From: Eledone cirrhosa
Lineage: Eukaryota
DNA length: 64,000 nucleotides
Reading direction: 5' to 3'
Assembly (NCBI GenBank): GCA_964016885.1
Contig: OZ024760.1
Span: 5,890,001-5,954,000 of the forward strand
The position numbers and the translations under genes are program-made. Position 1 is the stretch's first letter. Every line of letters begins with the position of its first letter. The notes beneath the pieces were generated by a model. The model was not told the origin of the DNA. It did no database searches and was given only the letters and a program-made list of their open reading frames with translations. Below, one piece after another: positions 37,362-50,199 of this stretch.

Positions 37362-39900
37362 GCTTCAACCACAACAAATACAACTTTCACCTCAACAACT
37401 GCAAGAATACCCTCAACAACCACCACCACAACAACAACAACAACAACAGCAGTACCTTCAACCACTACAACAATATCTAGGATCAGACTACTTTGTTCTG
37501 CCACTGCCGAGATCAACTCCCTTGCCAGGGGCTGCACCAAAAGAAGCTGATGAAGAATACGATGGAGATCCGTTCTCAACAGGGAACTCTTGGCGCAGAA
37601 CCAACAAATCCTTGGAACCAGATGAAACGGCAGACCACAGAATTAAGAAAAATTTCGGCAGAGATTCGGAGGCAGACGAACGTGATAAGTCCAGGTACAA
37701 TTCACGTCTGCGTGCATTCGGAGATCAGCGTGGATATAAAAGGAACTACAAAAGCACGCAACGAAAAGACGGCGATTACGAAATATCGGATAAGGATGAG
37801 CGATCGTTCGTCCGTAGCAGTGAATACGAAAACTCGGAAACGAGTGGATTATCAAGAAAACGGAGATTTCAACCAATGGCCATTCGTGCTCACGATCCGA
37901 GGGGTGATTTTACACCTGAAATGAAATATCCTTTACAGTCGGATAAAGCACAGGATACAGAAGGTCTGCCTTCCGAAAATGCGAAATCTAGTAATGCAGG
38001 TATTGTCTGGATTTCGAAAGACAGCCGAAAGGAACTGGGTACCACTGAGCCAGAAACGAGATCTGGACAACAAATTTCCCAGGATAACTTGACAATATTC
38101 CAGAGAAGCGATGGTTCCCCTCAAGATTATCCAGGAAATAATGAAGCAAGGACGCCCAACAATCTGCCAGAGATGGATGACACTAAAACACTGCAGAATA
38201 ATAATGATGACGAGGGAGGAAAAGAGCAACAGAGCCCACAAGAAGGTGACACAGGGGACATGAAGGGAGGTAACTCACAGAACCAAGCAGGAACTGATGA
38301 TCATAAAAACCCTTATCTTTACCCGGGGATAGATGAGCATGGGATCCCACACGCTTACCCCGGCGTCGACGAACACGGAATTCCACATCTCTACCCAGGA
38401 ATCGACGAACACGGCATCCCTCATCTTTATTCCGGCATAGACGGATACGGGATCCCATACGGCGGCCAGGTGGGGGAGGAGTATGGCACACACCTGCTGC
38501 CCATCGAGGAAGTGAACAGCCACAAACATAACATGCCGCCGGGTGTGCAAAACGGCATGATAGACAAGAACAGGTACGAGGGGATGTACCCGGGCGAAGG
38601 TTTCCTGAACACTCCGTACGGGGCAGAAAACTACCTGGATTTCCCACTCGACGGGGAAGCCAGTCAACTGAACATTCCAGAGGAGGAAGAGAGAAAAGAC
38701 GGATCTGATGAAAGCAGCGATGAAGACACTAAGGGTGGAGTATTGTCTCACAGTAGCAAATACGGTGGAGTTAGGCACATGGAAAGACTGAGGGCTGGAG
38801 ACATCATATCCTCGGCAGAAAGGCCAACATTTAATATGGATCTTTATCCATCGGAATCCAACACTCTGTCCGATAACAGCGCACAAGCTGACAAAGACTC
38901 GGAAGAATCAGGAGAGGCCCCATCTAACAGCGGCAGAAGTTACCATGGAGATTACCACGATCCTATTAGCAACCAATTGTTCATGTTCAACAAGGAATAT
39001 CCCGACAAGAATTCGCTGATGCACAAGATCCAGATGGCCGCGAAGCAAAGGAACCCAGTGTATCCGAGAATGGATCAGGAAGACAGTCGTCAAACCAGCG
39101 ACAAACAGAGCACGAATTACGGAAGACAGAATTACAATGTCAACCAAAGACAAGACAGCAACCTTAACAGGTATGTACCAAATTCTAACAGACAAGGATT
39201 CCATAGGGACTTCAGACGTCGAAACTATGATTCAATGAATAGAAGAGGGATCCACGATACAACTCTAAACAGATTTGGACATGGCTCGATTCCTGACCAC
39301 TCTGGTTACGATAAAAATTACGATCGGTTAAACTATGAGTCTAGATTGTTCGGCAAGCCGCTTTACAACGCGAATGGTCAGAAAGGGTACTACCACCATG
39401 GTCAAAATAGGGGTTACAACAGCAACCCTTTCACACTGAATTATAACAGCCAACCCAACTACAACATGGGTGCGAGGCGAAGCAGGCATATGGCTCAACC
39501 CAACAGCAGGCAGAACCTGCATTCCAGGCAACAGAGGATGTACAATGCCCCATTTGGTAGCAGGTATAACACAAAGAGTGGATACAGCGCTGACAACAGC
39601 TACTACAACAACAACAACCACCAGCAGCAGCAGTACTACGACACCGGGAGAAGCAACAGAGTGGAGAACAGCTACAACCCGCACCACAGGGGCACTGCTC
39701 ATCCTGCTTCAGACGAACAAGACGAAATATATGGCACCGAAGCCTATTACAACAACAACAACAACAACAAAGTCGTCAACAATGACAGCAGGGAAGTAAG
39801 AGATGAACAAAAGAACAACAACAACAACAACAACAACAAATATAACAACACACATCATGACAGTGCTGAGAGAAGAAACAGTAATTATTTCATGTATTAA
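36607..39900 (+). CDS. Intronless nested gene: uncharacterised secreted low-complexity precursor, 1097 aa (ORF open from 36508)
   Basis: 3.3-kb stop-free frame in otherwise stop-rich DNA, with higher GC than the flanks. ATG in ataATGG context is followed by signal-peptide-like METAFGLGLILLLYSAATVPA. RARR and RKRR sites. 12-aa repeats diverge mainly at synonymous positions. Confidence 0.85.
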
Positions 39901-40245
39901 AGACATCATGTAATTTGAAGAGATAGCTTCTGTCCAGGTGTTAACATGAATGACCAGCAGAAGGTATGTGACTGTAACACACACACACACACACACACAC
40001 TATCACACATACACACACATATAATTATTATTATCATCATCGTCAGGGCGGTGAATTGACAGAATCGGTAGTGTTGGACAACATGCTTTGCAGCATGGAG
40101 TTACGGCCCTTTACATTCTGAGTTCAAATTTCGCCAAGGTTAGCTTTGCCTTTCATCCTTACAGGGTCAATAAAATAAAGTACCAGTAACGCACTGCGGT
40201 CAATTTAATAGCCTGTGTCTATGTCAAAAAAATATTTTTATCATC

Positions 40246-40276
<31 letters not shown>

Positions 40277-42839
40277 GGGCGGTGGATTGGCAGTATCAGT
40301 AGAGGGTCGGACGCCATGTTTTGCAGCATAGAGTTACGGCCCTTTATGATCTGAGTTCAGATCCCGCCGAGGTTAACTTTGCCTTTCATCCTTACGGGGT
40401 CGATAAAATCAAGTACCAGTCACGCACTGGGGTTGAATCAAACGACTTTCCCCTCCCCCACAATTGCTGGCCTTGTGCCTATATAAGAAAGCATTATTAT
40501 TCATTTGCACACAGGGATAATTTTATTACCAGTGAACCCCTTATTTAGTTATGTAACCTTAGACAGTACCGTATTTACTTGAATATAATATCAGAAAACA
40601 GTACAGCACCCATGACTTTTGGAAACATTTTTTTCATGCTCAGAGTTGCTGCAACGTGCAGCAGTCGTTAGCTGTCGGGACACTGCATCCTTCAAAACTT
40701 CCATGCATCCTGAAATTCGCCAACACTACACCTGATATTCTCCACCCCCCATACACAAGCACACATGTGTATGTGTGTGTGTGTGCGTGTATATACCATT
40801 ATATCGTGACTCATACACTGTTAACTTTCCTGACCTTTGTACATTATTCTATGTACTACATATGCACCTTTGATGAGTTGTAGTGCACCTGAGCACTGTA
40901 CACAATAATTTTCATTATATCATAAGAGCGGTGGATTGGCAGTATCGGTAGAGGGTCGGACGTCATGCTTTGACGCATAGATTTACGGCCCTTTCTATTC
41001 TGAGTTCAAATCCCGCCGAGGTCAACTTTGCCTTTCATCCTCACGGGGTCGATAAAATAAAGTACCAGTAATGTACTGGGTAATTTCTGGCCTTGTGCCA
41101 ATAGTAGAAACAATTATTCTATGTACTACATATGCACCTTTGATGAGTTGTAGTGCACCTGAGCACTGTACACAATAATTTTCATTATATCATGAGAGCG
41201 GTGGATTGGCAGTATCGGTAGAGGGTCGGACGTCATGCTTCGACGCATAGATTTACGGCCCTTTCTATTCTGAATTCAAATCCCGCCGAGGTCAACTTTG
41301 CCTTTCATCCTCACGGGGTCGATAAAATAAAGTACCACTAATACACTGGGTAATTGCTGGCCTTGTGCCAAAAGTAGAAACAATTATATCATAAGCCGAC
41401 CCCACTATTTTATGCCTGCAAAATGGGCAAAAATTCAAACCCCGTTTATAATCCAAGACAGCATTATGTTTACATGGCGTATATATACCGACCTCCACCC
41501 CATTTTACCATCGATTTTTTAGGGCGTCACATATTATTCCTGGGCTTCTATTCTAGTATAGACTGTCATAAGATCATCACTGTGCAAATGAAAAATAATA
41601 ATAAATATATTTTTTACTATTATTATTATTGTTATTACTATTATTATTATTATCAAGGTGATGGATTAACAGTAATCAGTAGAGCGTTGGACAACATGCT
41701 TTGTGGCATTGAGTTACGGCCCTTTATGTTCTGAGTTCAAATCCTGCCGAGGTTAGCTTTGCCTTTCATCCTTACGGGGTCGACAAAATAAAGTACCAGT
41801 AACACACTGGGGTTGATTTAATTGGCTTACCCCTTTCCCCTCAAATTATTGGCCTTGTGCCAATGTTGCCGAGGTTAACTTTGCCCAGTAATGTACTGGG
41901 TAATTGCTGGCCTTGTGCCAACAGTAGAAACAATTATTACAGGGGGTGGGGATAAAATAAAGTACCAGTAATGCACTGGGATTGATTTAATCAACTTTCC
42001 CCTCCCCCAAATTGTTGGCTTTATGCCTAAATCATAAACCATTATTTCATCTTTACAGGATGGGAGTGGGGTCGATAAAATAAAGTACCAGTAACCCACT
42101 GGGATTGATTTAATCTATTTCCCCTCCCTATCAAATTACTGGCCTAGTGCTAAATGTAGAGATAATTAATTGTTTCTACTTTAGGCACAAGGCCAGCAAT
42201 TACCCAGTGCATTACTGGTTGTAGAGATAATTAATGGCTTATAGTCCTGAATGCAAACCTTTTTAAATTCCAATCCACTCATGGCTACCATCTCAGTTTT
42301 TATATTATACGAAAATTGTGGTTTAAACTGTTCACATTTAAATCTAAAACCTTTCATTGTAATTTTTATGTAGCAAAATGTTTTCCCAAAGTTATGTTCT
42401 AAACATTACCTTGTTAACCCTTTACCATTAACATTACTCTATATTTACTATCATATTTTCATGGTAAACACTTTATATCACATAATTATCTCACATAATA
42501 TTGAATCTATGAGATTCAGATATTTTTTATTTTGAGAACAATACCTTAACATCAGTATGACAGTATGAGCAGCCGGTTACAGCCAGTTTCAACAGAAAGA
42601 GGTGAGAGAATTCTGGCTGGATATAGCCTGTTTAAATGCTAAAGGGTTAAATCTAAAACCTTTCATTGTAAATTTTTATGTAACAAAATGTTTTCCCAAA
42701 GTTATGCTCTAAACACCTTGTTAATGAAAATGAAGGTTATTTTATTAAGCAGTCAAAATTCTGGATTATTTTTTGTTTAGAAATTAACCAAAACATGTAG
42801 GTAGTGTTTTGTTAGAAATATGGTCTTTCACACACACGA

Positions 42840-42874
<35 letters not shown>

Positions 42875-43324
42875 GATATAAATAATAGTGTTCGGTAATA
42901 TATTTTAATTCATAATTCATTCTACCTGTGAATAATCTAGAACAGTAGGAGTTTATATAATATATTTTTTAATTGTATGTAGCCATGTGTACAGGTTATT
43001 ATAATAAATTACTGTATTTTGAGCTGATATAATTTTTTTATCTACATCTTTCCATTTTTCATATTTAAAAACGAATTTCTTTGTATGTATGTATCTATAT
43101 ATACAGATGTATATATATGAAAAATTCAGGACCCCAGCAACTGAGCTCTGGCCATTTCAATAGCTAGATCCGAACTGTTCGGATCTAGCTATTGAAAGGG
43201 CCGGAGCTCAGTCGTTGGGGTCCTGAATTTTTCATATCATCCACTCTACTATTCCAAGTATTGATTACTCTGGTGAGTAATGGGTTAACTGGTTTTTACC
43301 GCCTCCATTTATTGTTAAGATTTG

Positions 43325-43391
<67 letters not shown>

Positions 43392-43704
43392 TATAGATAT
43401 ATATATGTGAAAATGAAGTAATTCCGTCGGAAAGGTCCAGGAAAAAAGAGTGCTCTATGTAGGTTACAGAGCTTAATAGTTATGTAATAAACAACATAAG
43501 GCAATTATTTCATTTACCAGTGGTTTCTTGAAGGCAAACAAATTTTGCTTTCAATCAACAGAATGAAAACATGAAAAAAAAAAGGTTTTTAAAATCCAAT
43601 GTCAATAAATACACCAGGATTTTTTCATTCTGATGATTGAAAGCAAAATTTGTTTGCCTTCAAGAAACCACTGGTAAATGAAATAATTGCCTTATGTTGT
43701 TTAT

Positions 43705-43782
<78 letters not shown>

Positions 43783-44146
43783 TCGCTAAAAATGAAGGGA
43801 ACTCCTTCGTAAAGTAAGATAAATAAAAAAAAAGCGAAAGAATGACTTCGCTGATGGTTGATGTTAATAATTCAAATCTTTACAATAAATCATTATTGAT
43901 ATTGGTTCTAGTAAGTCCTTGTTAACTATCTGGGGAATTTTCTCGCATTTGCTTCGATTTTCAAATTGTTCGATTTTCAAATTGAAAATCACACCAAATG
44001 CGAGAAAATTCCCCAGACAGTTAACAAGGACTTACTAGAACCAATATCAATAATGATTTATGGTAAAGATTTGAATTATTAAATAACATCAACCATCAGT
44101 GAAGTCATTCTTCCCCCTTTTTCTTGACATATATATATATACACAT

Positions 44147-44178
<32 letters not shown>

Positions 44179-44497
44179 GCGAAAAGTAAATGGAAACAAC
44201 ACAGCAAACAATAAAATACAATGAAGAAATGTATTAGTTTAATGCTTGATATAGTAGGGAAAGAGTTTATATATATCTATATCTATATCTATACACACAC
44301 ACACATATACATATGAACAATTCGCAACCCCGACGGCTGAGCTCTTGCTGTTTCAATAGCTAGATGGATCTATTTGTTAAAATGGCAGGAGCTCAGCCAT
44401 CGGGGTCCTGAATCCTTCATATTACCCGCTCTACTGCCCCAAATATCGAGTACTCTGGTGAGTAATGGTCTAACTGGTTTTTAATGCATCCATTCTA

Positions 44498-44531
<34 letters not shown>

Positions 44532-45066
44532 ATTAAAGGTTAATTAGCCACTAATACTTAAACATCTCAATGAATGAAATCTCCCAGAGAAGCAATCTTA
44601 TATATTAAAATTAAATGAGAAAAAACTCTAATTCTGGGAGTATTAACAAGATTGACAAAAAAGTATTCTATCTAACTTCACTTATATATAGATCTCCCTG
44701 CCATGGTTTCATATGGGCAAGAATTATTATTGGAACCACCAATAATTCAAGAATCTGCCATACTCTTGAGGGGAGTTTAATTCTTCAAGTCTAAGAGAAA
44801 TGGAACAAGATATAATAGTACATGTAGTGTTGCATTCTCAAATTTCAAAGGTATTATATATATATATATAAATATAACGAAGGAAATGTGGTAAGGAACC
44901 AGGTGGACCATAACGCACCAAAGTACTCAATACTTAGGGTAGTAGAGTGGGTAATAGGAACAAGTAGGACCCCAACGGCTGAGCTCAAGCCGTTTCGACA
45001 GCTAATTCTGGACAGAATTAGCCGTCAAAACGGCTTGAGCTCAGCCGTCGGGGTCCTACTCGTTCC

Positions 45067-45097
<31 letters not shown>

Positions 45098-45223
45098 AGA
45101 TCAAAAGATGGTTAAAAGAATAACCATCTTTTGATCTTATATTATTTATACTCCAGTCCTACAAACTGTAGAGTGCTACTTATCCGATATTTGCATTGTG
45201 CTACAATAAAACTCACCTCCTAC

Positions 45224-45259
<36 letters not shown>

Positions 45260-45423
45260 ATATATGTATATATATATATATATTTATATATACATGTAGT
45301 ATGTACATACGTATATGATTGTAAATTATATATATATATAAACATAGTATGTATGTACATATGTGTATATGCATATATCTGTGTGTGTGTGTATATATTA
45401 TATTACAAAAATGACTGCTACAG

Positions 45424-45629
45424 CAGGCATGTCAAACATGCAGTCCAAGGACTGCATGTGGCCCTTTACAAGCACACCTGGGGCTCGCACAAAGGTTTTT
45501 ACAGCGCGAGCGTAATATAAAATAAAAAATATTAGTTGTAATGTGCACAATTAGTTGTCATGTGTGGCCCTCAGACAGCACATATGTCACCCATGTGGCC
45601 CTCGGGAGACCTTAAGTTTGACATGCCTG
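45424..45629. mobile_element. hAT-type MITE
   Basis: Perfect TIR CAGGCATGTCAAAC/GTTTGACATGCCTG. TSD TGCTACAG/TTCTACAG. Confidence 0.8.
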
Positions 45630-46246
45630 TTCTACAGGACTAAAGCTATTTCATTCATAAGAAATCATTATAATAATAATAAATAATGAAATTATTGTGT
45701 ACAGTGCTCAGGTGCACTACAACTCATCAAAGGTGCATGTATAGTACATAGAATAATGTACAAATGTCAGGAAAATGAACAGTGTATGAGTCATGATATA
45801 ATAATGATAACAATAATGAAATATTGTGTACAGTGCCCAGGTGCACCACAACTCATCAATATATACCATATATATATATATATATATATATACCATATAT
45901 ATATATATATATATATACCATATATATATATATATATATATTTTTATACTTGGGGAGGGTCATATTTGCGTAATATTGCCAGAATTAATAACAGAACACA
46001 CTCACTGTTTGGTTGGTTTCCGCTTCTCGTTGTCTTTTATATCTGCGATCTAACTTACTCGGTCCTCAATGTTGCCATTGACCGACCGACGGTCAAAAAT
46101 AATACAGATACAATATAGACACAAACAGTCAGTCAATGGCAACATTGAGGACTGTTATTAATTCTGGCAATATTACGCAAATATGACCCTCCCCAAGTAT
46201 AACAATATCTGTTTCGACACACGATTTCATATAAAAAACCTCGCTA

Positions 46247-46306
<60 letters not shown>

Positions 46307-46406
46307 CACTAAATGTAGAGCTTCAAATTGTATCAATTTGAGCAGCTTCAATAAATGGGCACCACAACTCAATAAGTCAACCCCCAAGATAACATGTTCT
46401 TTAGAC

Positions 46407-47238
46407 CAGCAGTCACCAACCTTTCTGACCTCACGGACCACTAAATTCATAATTTTAAATCTCACGGACCACTAATATGAATTTTTTTTAAAAAAGATAA
46501 ATACATTTGTAAAATAAAGATCAGAGAACTTCCATTTTATTAAACAATACTGAAGCGTACGTGTGTCATATTGTCGATAGATGATACATATCTGTAAAAG
46601 TCTTTCATGGATGTTAGTTCTTTACTGAGGAGAAACAGTTTTCAGAGGTATTATAAAATATATTTTAGGACGGTGAATTGGCAGTATCGGTAGAGGGTTG
46701 GACGCCATGCTTTGACGCATAGAGTTACGGCCCTTGCCATTCTGAGTTCAAATCCCGCCGAGGTTAACTTTGCCTTTCATCCTTACGGGGTCGATAAAAT
46801 AAAGCACCAGTAATACACTGGGCAATTGCTGGCCTTGTGCCAAAAGTAGAAAAAACAATTATAAAATATATTTTAACCAAATATTATTTTTGTTTTATTA
46901 TTAATAAAACAAAGGGCAGTGGATTGGCAGTATTGGTAGAGAGTCGGACGCCATGCTTTGCAGCATAGAGTTACGGCCCTTTATGATCTGTGTTCAAATC
47001 CCGCCGAAGTTAACTTTGCCTTTTATCCTTACGGGATCGATAAAATAAAGTACCAGTCACACACTGGGGTCGATTTAATCGACTTTCCCCTCTCCCAAAA
47101 TTGCTGACCTTGTGCCTATATAAGAAACCATTATTAATAAAACATAAAAATTGCAAATAATGTCCAAGTTTTTCTGTGGACCACCAAGATTTTCTCTCAG
47201 ACCACCAGTGGTCCACAGACCACCGGTGGTGCCCACTG
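46407..47238. mobile_element. hAT-type MITE with two nested SINEs
   Basis: Imperfect TIR CAGCAGTCACCAACC/GGTGGTGCCCACTG. TSD CTTTAGAC/CTTTAGAT. Confidence 0.65.
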
Positions 47239-48557
47239 CTTTAGATTATTGAAGCTATCACAGTTATGGCCACACTGGAGCACTCATTATTATTATTTTG
47301 TCACACAGCATTTGTTGCTAGTAATGTAATACCAGCGCCACCTCAGTCCAGTGGTTGTGGACCAAGGTGGCGCTCTCAATTGTCAAGAACCTTTTTAAGT
47401 ATCCTGGCAGTTCCAAGATGTTGGCCCCCAATACAGCTTTCAGTTCTGGTGCTCACATTACCAAGACGCCCCAACTACAACAGGGGTCACATCAACCTTT
47501 TTCATTGCCCACAAATGTTTTATCTCTATTACTGCTACTATTATTACAAGTTTGGTAAAGGGCGGTGAATTGGCAGTAATCAGTAGAGTGCCAGACAATA
47601 TGATTTTTCAGCACGGAGTTTCGACCCTTTACGTTCTGAGTTCAAATCCCGCTGAGGTTAGCTTTGCCTTTCATCCTTACGTGGTCGATAAAATAAAACA
47701 CCAGTAATGCACTGGGGTCAATTTAATCGACTCCCCACCAAAAAAAAATTGTTGGCCTTGTGCCTAAAATAGAAATCATCATTATTATTATTAATGGCGG
47801 TGGATGAACAGTGTCAGTAGAGAGTCGGACAATATGCTTTGTGGCATAAAGTTATGGCCCTTTACGTTCTGAATTCAAATCCCGCCATGGTTAATTTGGC
47901 CTTTCATCCCTACGGGGTTGATTTAAGCGACTTCCCACCCCCATGCAAAAAAAAAAAAAAAAAAAAAAAAAAATTGCTGGCCTTGTGCCTAAATCAGAAA
48001 CAATTATTATTATTACTATTGTTACAAGTTTGATAATTTTTAAAACAATTATTTTAAATTTTCTTTTCATTATTTTTCTTGATGATGATGATGATGATAT
48101 TGCATTAAAAAAAAAAAAATATTAACAATTTCCACAAAAATAAAAATAAAAACAAAGAAAACAACAAAACAAAAACAATTACTATAAATTACTAATTGTA
48201 AATATATAACCAACCCCTAATGAGGTAACACTAATTAATCTTTTGAGAACCTCCTATTGTATATCTTTCCTTATTTGTTGTTTGTTGTCAACAAACGAGC
48301 AACAATAAAGGGAAAAAAAAAAAAAATCTATGTGCTAATAAAGAAAATATGAGCAAAAAAAATAAATAAAATATAAATAAAAACTTGTGGAAACTTGAAT
48401 TAAATATTTTAGTAAAATGATATGATATGATTATTTTCACCTCAACCACTTTTTATTTGGGTAGACTTGTTGGATGTGTAATGTAAATGTGAGAGGATGG
48501 CAGTTCTTGGATGAGATGAGGAAGAAATAGGGTTTAACACTTTAGTATTTACATTAT

Positions 48558-48591
<34 letters not shown>

Positions 48592-49059
48592 GGGCATCCA
48601 GCTGTAGAAATCAAGCCAAAATCAGTTCTCGTAGGAGCAAGACAAGGTCACCCGACCTGGCATTGCCCACAACAGGACAACCTGTCTAACCCATGCTAGC
48701 GTGGAAGAATGGATGGAAAACGGTGATGATGATGATGACGATATATAGACGGTGGATTGGCAGTATCGGTAAAGCGTCGGACACCATGTTTTGCAGTATA
48801 AAGTTACGGCCCTTTATGTTCTGAGTTCATATCCTGCTGAGGTTGGCTTTGCCTTTCATCCTTACGAGGTCAATAAAATAAAGTACCAATCACACAGACA
48901 AGAGTCGATTTAATCGACTTTCCCCTCACCAAAATTGATGGCCTTGTGCCTAAATCAGAAACTATTATTCAATATATACTATTGTATTTTTGCAGTAAAG
49001 GCTTTATCTCACATAAGATCGAATCTATGAGATTTTGATATCATTTAATATGAGGGGCC

Positions 49060-49730
49060 AATTTGAACAGAAAGAGGTTAGAGAATTCTGGCCAGATATG
49101 GCCTGTTTAAATGCTAAAGGGTTAAGTTCGTAACATCATTATGTGTGGCCGGTTACAGCCAGTTTGAACAGAAAGAGGTGAGAGAATTCTGGCCAGATAT
49201 GGCCTGTTTAAATGCTAAAGGGTTAAGTTCGTAACATCATTATGTGTGGCCGGTTACAGCCAGTTTGAACAGAAAGAGGTGAGAGAATTCTGGCTGGATA
49301 TGGCCTGTTTAAATGCTAAAAGGTTAAGTTCGTAACATCATTATGTGTGGCCGGTTACAGCCAGTTTGAACAGAAAGAGGTGAGAGAATTCTGGCTGGAT
49401 ATGGCCTGTTTAAATGCTAAAGGGTTAAGTTCGTAACATCATTATGTGTGGCCGGTTACAGCCAGTTTGAACAGAAAGAGGTGAGAGAATTCTGGCTGGA
49501 TATGGCCTGTTTAAATGCTAAAAGGTTAAGTTCGTAACATCATTATGTGTGGCCGGTTACAGCCAGTTTGAACAGAAAGAGGTGAGAGAATTCTGGCTGG
49601 ATATGGCCTGTTTAAATGCTAAAAGGTTAAGTTCGTAACATCATTATGTGTGGCCGGTTACAGCCAGTTTGAACAGAAAGAGGTGAGAGAATTCTGGCCG
49701 GATATGGCCTGTTTAAATGCTAAAGGTTTA
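49060..49730. repeat. 101-bp tandem array of a TTAA-MITE terminus, about 6.5 copies
   Basis: Period measured at 49065/49166/49267. Each unit ends in TAAATGCTAAAGGGTTAA or a one-base variant. Confidence 0.9.
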
Positions 49731-50199
49731 AGAGGAAACTGATGTGGTGTACAAGAGAGAAGACTGCAGTGGTATGAACATGTGGGACATATGCTACGCA
49801 TGGATAATGAATAATGGGTGAAGGGGTCCCAGGAAATCCCAGTAGAAGGAAGCCACATTAGGAGTAGACAAAGAAAGAACTGGGCAGATGTGGTGAGAGC
49901 TGATCTGAAATCACTGAGACTCACAGAGGAGATAACAAACGAAAGCGACGAGTGGAAAAATGGTGTGCTGAGAAGGACTTGTTCAAACCATGCAAGTGTG
50001 GAAAAACAGACGTAAAAACAATGATGATGATGATGACTGTGTCCACACCTTCCAACTATTGTGAGCGCAGTATGGCCAAATGGTTTAACCTGTTGACTAC
50101 CGCGTATATTTTACACAGCTACAGTTGCTGTGCCAGGTTTTTTTCAGTAAAATGACTATTTTGATTGACAAACGTCACATCAATAAACTAGTAACCCCA

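Noticed and set aside
39060-39900. Reflectin or suckerin identity for the nested gene
   Set aside because: No M/F-D-x5-M-D-x5-M-D reflectin motif and low Met. Reflectins lack signal peptides. No GGY/Ala-His suckerin modules.
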